Origin: an uncultured Flavobacteriales bacterium | GTDB taxonomy: Bacteria; Bacteroidota; Bacteroidia; Flavobacteriales; BACL11 | Direction: 5' to 3' | NCBI GenBank assembly: GCA_913046315.1 | Contig: CAJWRW010000003.1 | Location: 1 to 60,134, forward strand | DNA length: 60,134 nucleotides | Shown here: piece after piece, positions 59,726-60,134 of the stretch | Position numbering within the stretch: the first letter of the stretch is position 1 | Layout: each line of letters starts with the position of its first letter | Made by a program: the position numbers and the translations under genes | The notes under the pieces: model-generated | Databases searched by the model: none | What the model was told of the DNA's origin: nothing | The model's input: the letters and a program-made list of their open reading frames with translations, nothing else

Positions 59726-60134
59726 ATGGGCATGAATATGCAAATGTTAGTCCGAGGAGCAATTGCTTGGGAGCTAACTAATTCATATAGTGCCACAGCA
59801 TTTTTAATGGTTGCTTTCATGCTCCCGCAAATGTTTTTCACACTACCCGGCGGGGCGTTGGTGGATAGAGTTGAAAAGCGAAACATGATGATACTCATGC
59901 AAGCGACCATGGCAGCTGTGTCGCTAGTAACTGGAGCAATGGTGATAACGGACACGATTACCGCGACATCTCTTTTCATATTAGGGCTTATTCAGGGAGC
60001 GATTACCTCGCTTGGTATGCCAGCTCGAACCCCTTTGATGGCAGAGATCGTGTCACAAGATCGAATTGCAAGTGCAATGGCATTGTCCAATAATTCGATG
60101 AATCTCACCAGAGCATTCGGTCCACTTGTCGCAG
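59726..60134 (+). CDS. MFS-type transporter fragment (continues beyond the window), in GC-richer DNA
   Basis: The frame is open to the window end: MGMNMQMLVRGAIAWELTNSYSATAFLMVAFMLPQMFFTLPGGALVDRVEKRNMMILMQATMAAV... It shows TM1-TM3 with an MFS loop 2-3 motif (GGALVDRVEKR). The true N-terminus is uncertain. Confidence 0.6.
   Translation, partial: MGMNMQMLVRGAIAWELTNSYSATAFLMVAFMLPQMFFTLPGGALVDRVEKRNMMILMQATMAAVSLVTGAMVITDTITATSLFILGLIQGAITSLGMPARTPLMAEIVSQDRIASAMALSNNSMNLTRAFGPLVA

Noticed and set aside
59569-59979. 136-aa minus-strand ORF spanning the 59.70-kb junction.
   Set aside because: It is antisense to both the secDF 3' part and the MFS fragment. A real gene would not be expected to run across a composition break, and the plus-strand frames have clear homology-type motifs.

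Overview
This is a 60.1-kb, AT-rich (roughly one-third G+C by eye), very gene-dense chromosomal segment. It most likely comes from a Bacteroidota bacterium, probably Flavobacteriia-like. Four things support that assignment: a T9SS C-terminal sorting domain, a SecDF fusion gene, recurrent TAnnTTTG -7 promoter boxes, and the pyrG-yidC and holA/HsdR_N gene neighbourhoods.

I call about 50 protein genes, almost all core housekeeping:
- Translation and transcription: the end of the rpoA-rplQ ribosomal cluster and rpsF-rpsR-rplI.
- Central metabolism: carA-eno-gltA, acnA, monomeric icd, mdh and lhgO.
- Nucleotide metabolism and replication: purB, pyrG, dnaX, holA, gyrB and a RecD-like helicase.
- Envelope and secretion: yidC, murB, ftsE and secDF.
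- Menaquinone synthesis: mqnA plus a UbiD-like decarboxylase.
- Other: two peptidases (M3 and M16), a DEAD-box helicase, a MarR/acyl-CoA ligase pair, a voltage-gated K+ channel, a TonB-dependent receptor, glycosyltransferases and several envelope proteins of unknown function.

I found no rRNA, tRNA, CRISPR array, transposase, integrase, phage gene or recognisable defence system. I do not see a convincing novel multi-gene system in this window.

The items most worth a second look are:
1. An abrupt junction at about 59.70 kb. secDF is cut off after 313 codons and a much GC-richer MFS-transporter fragment begins. This is either an assembly chimera or the edge of foreign DNA.
2. An A10 tract in dnaX at the domain III/IV boundary, with stops in both alternative frames. 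It is a candidate gamma/tau recoding site.
3. A translationally coupled envelope triad (CxxCH lipoprotein, YceI-like protein, beta-barrel) inside a six-gene tight operon.
4. An orphan MbnP/MbnH-like pair.
5. A 155-residue poly-acidic tail on ribosomal protein L17.

All calls rest on reading the supplied translations and sequence. No database search was possible.
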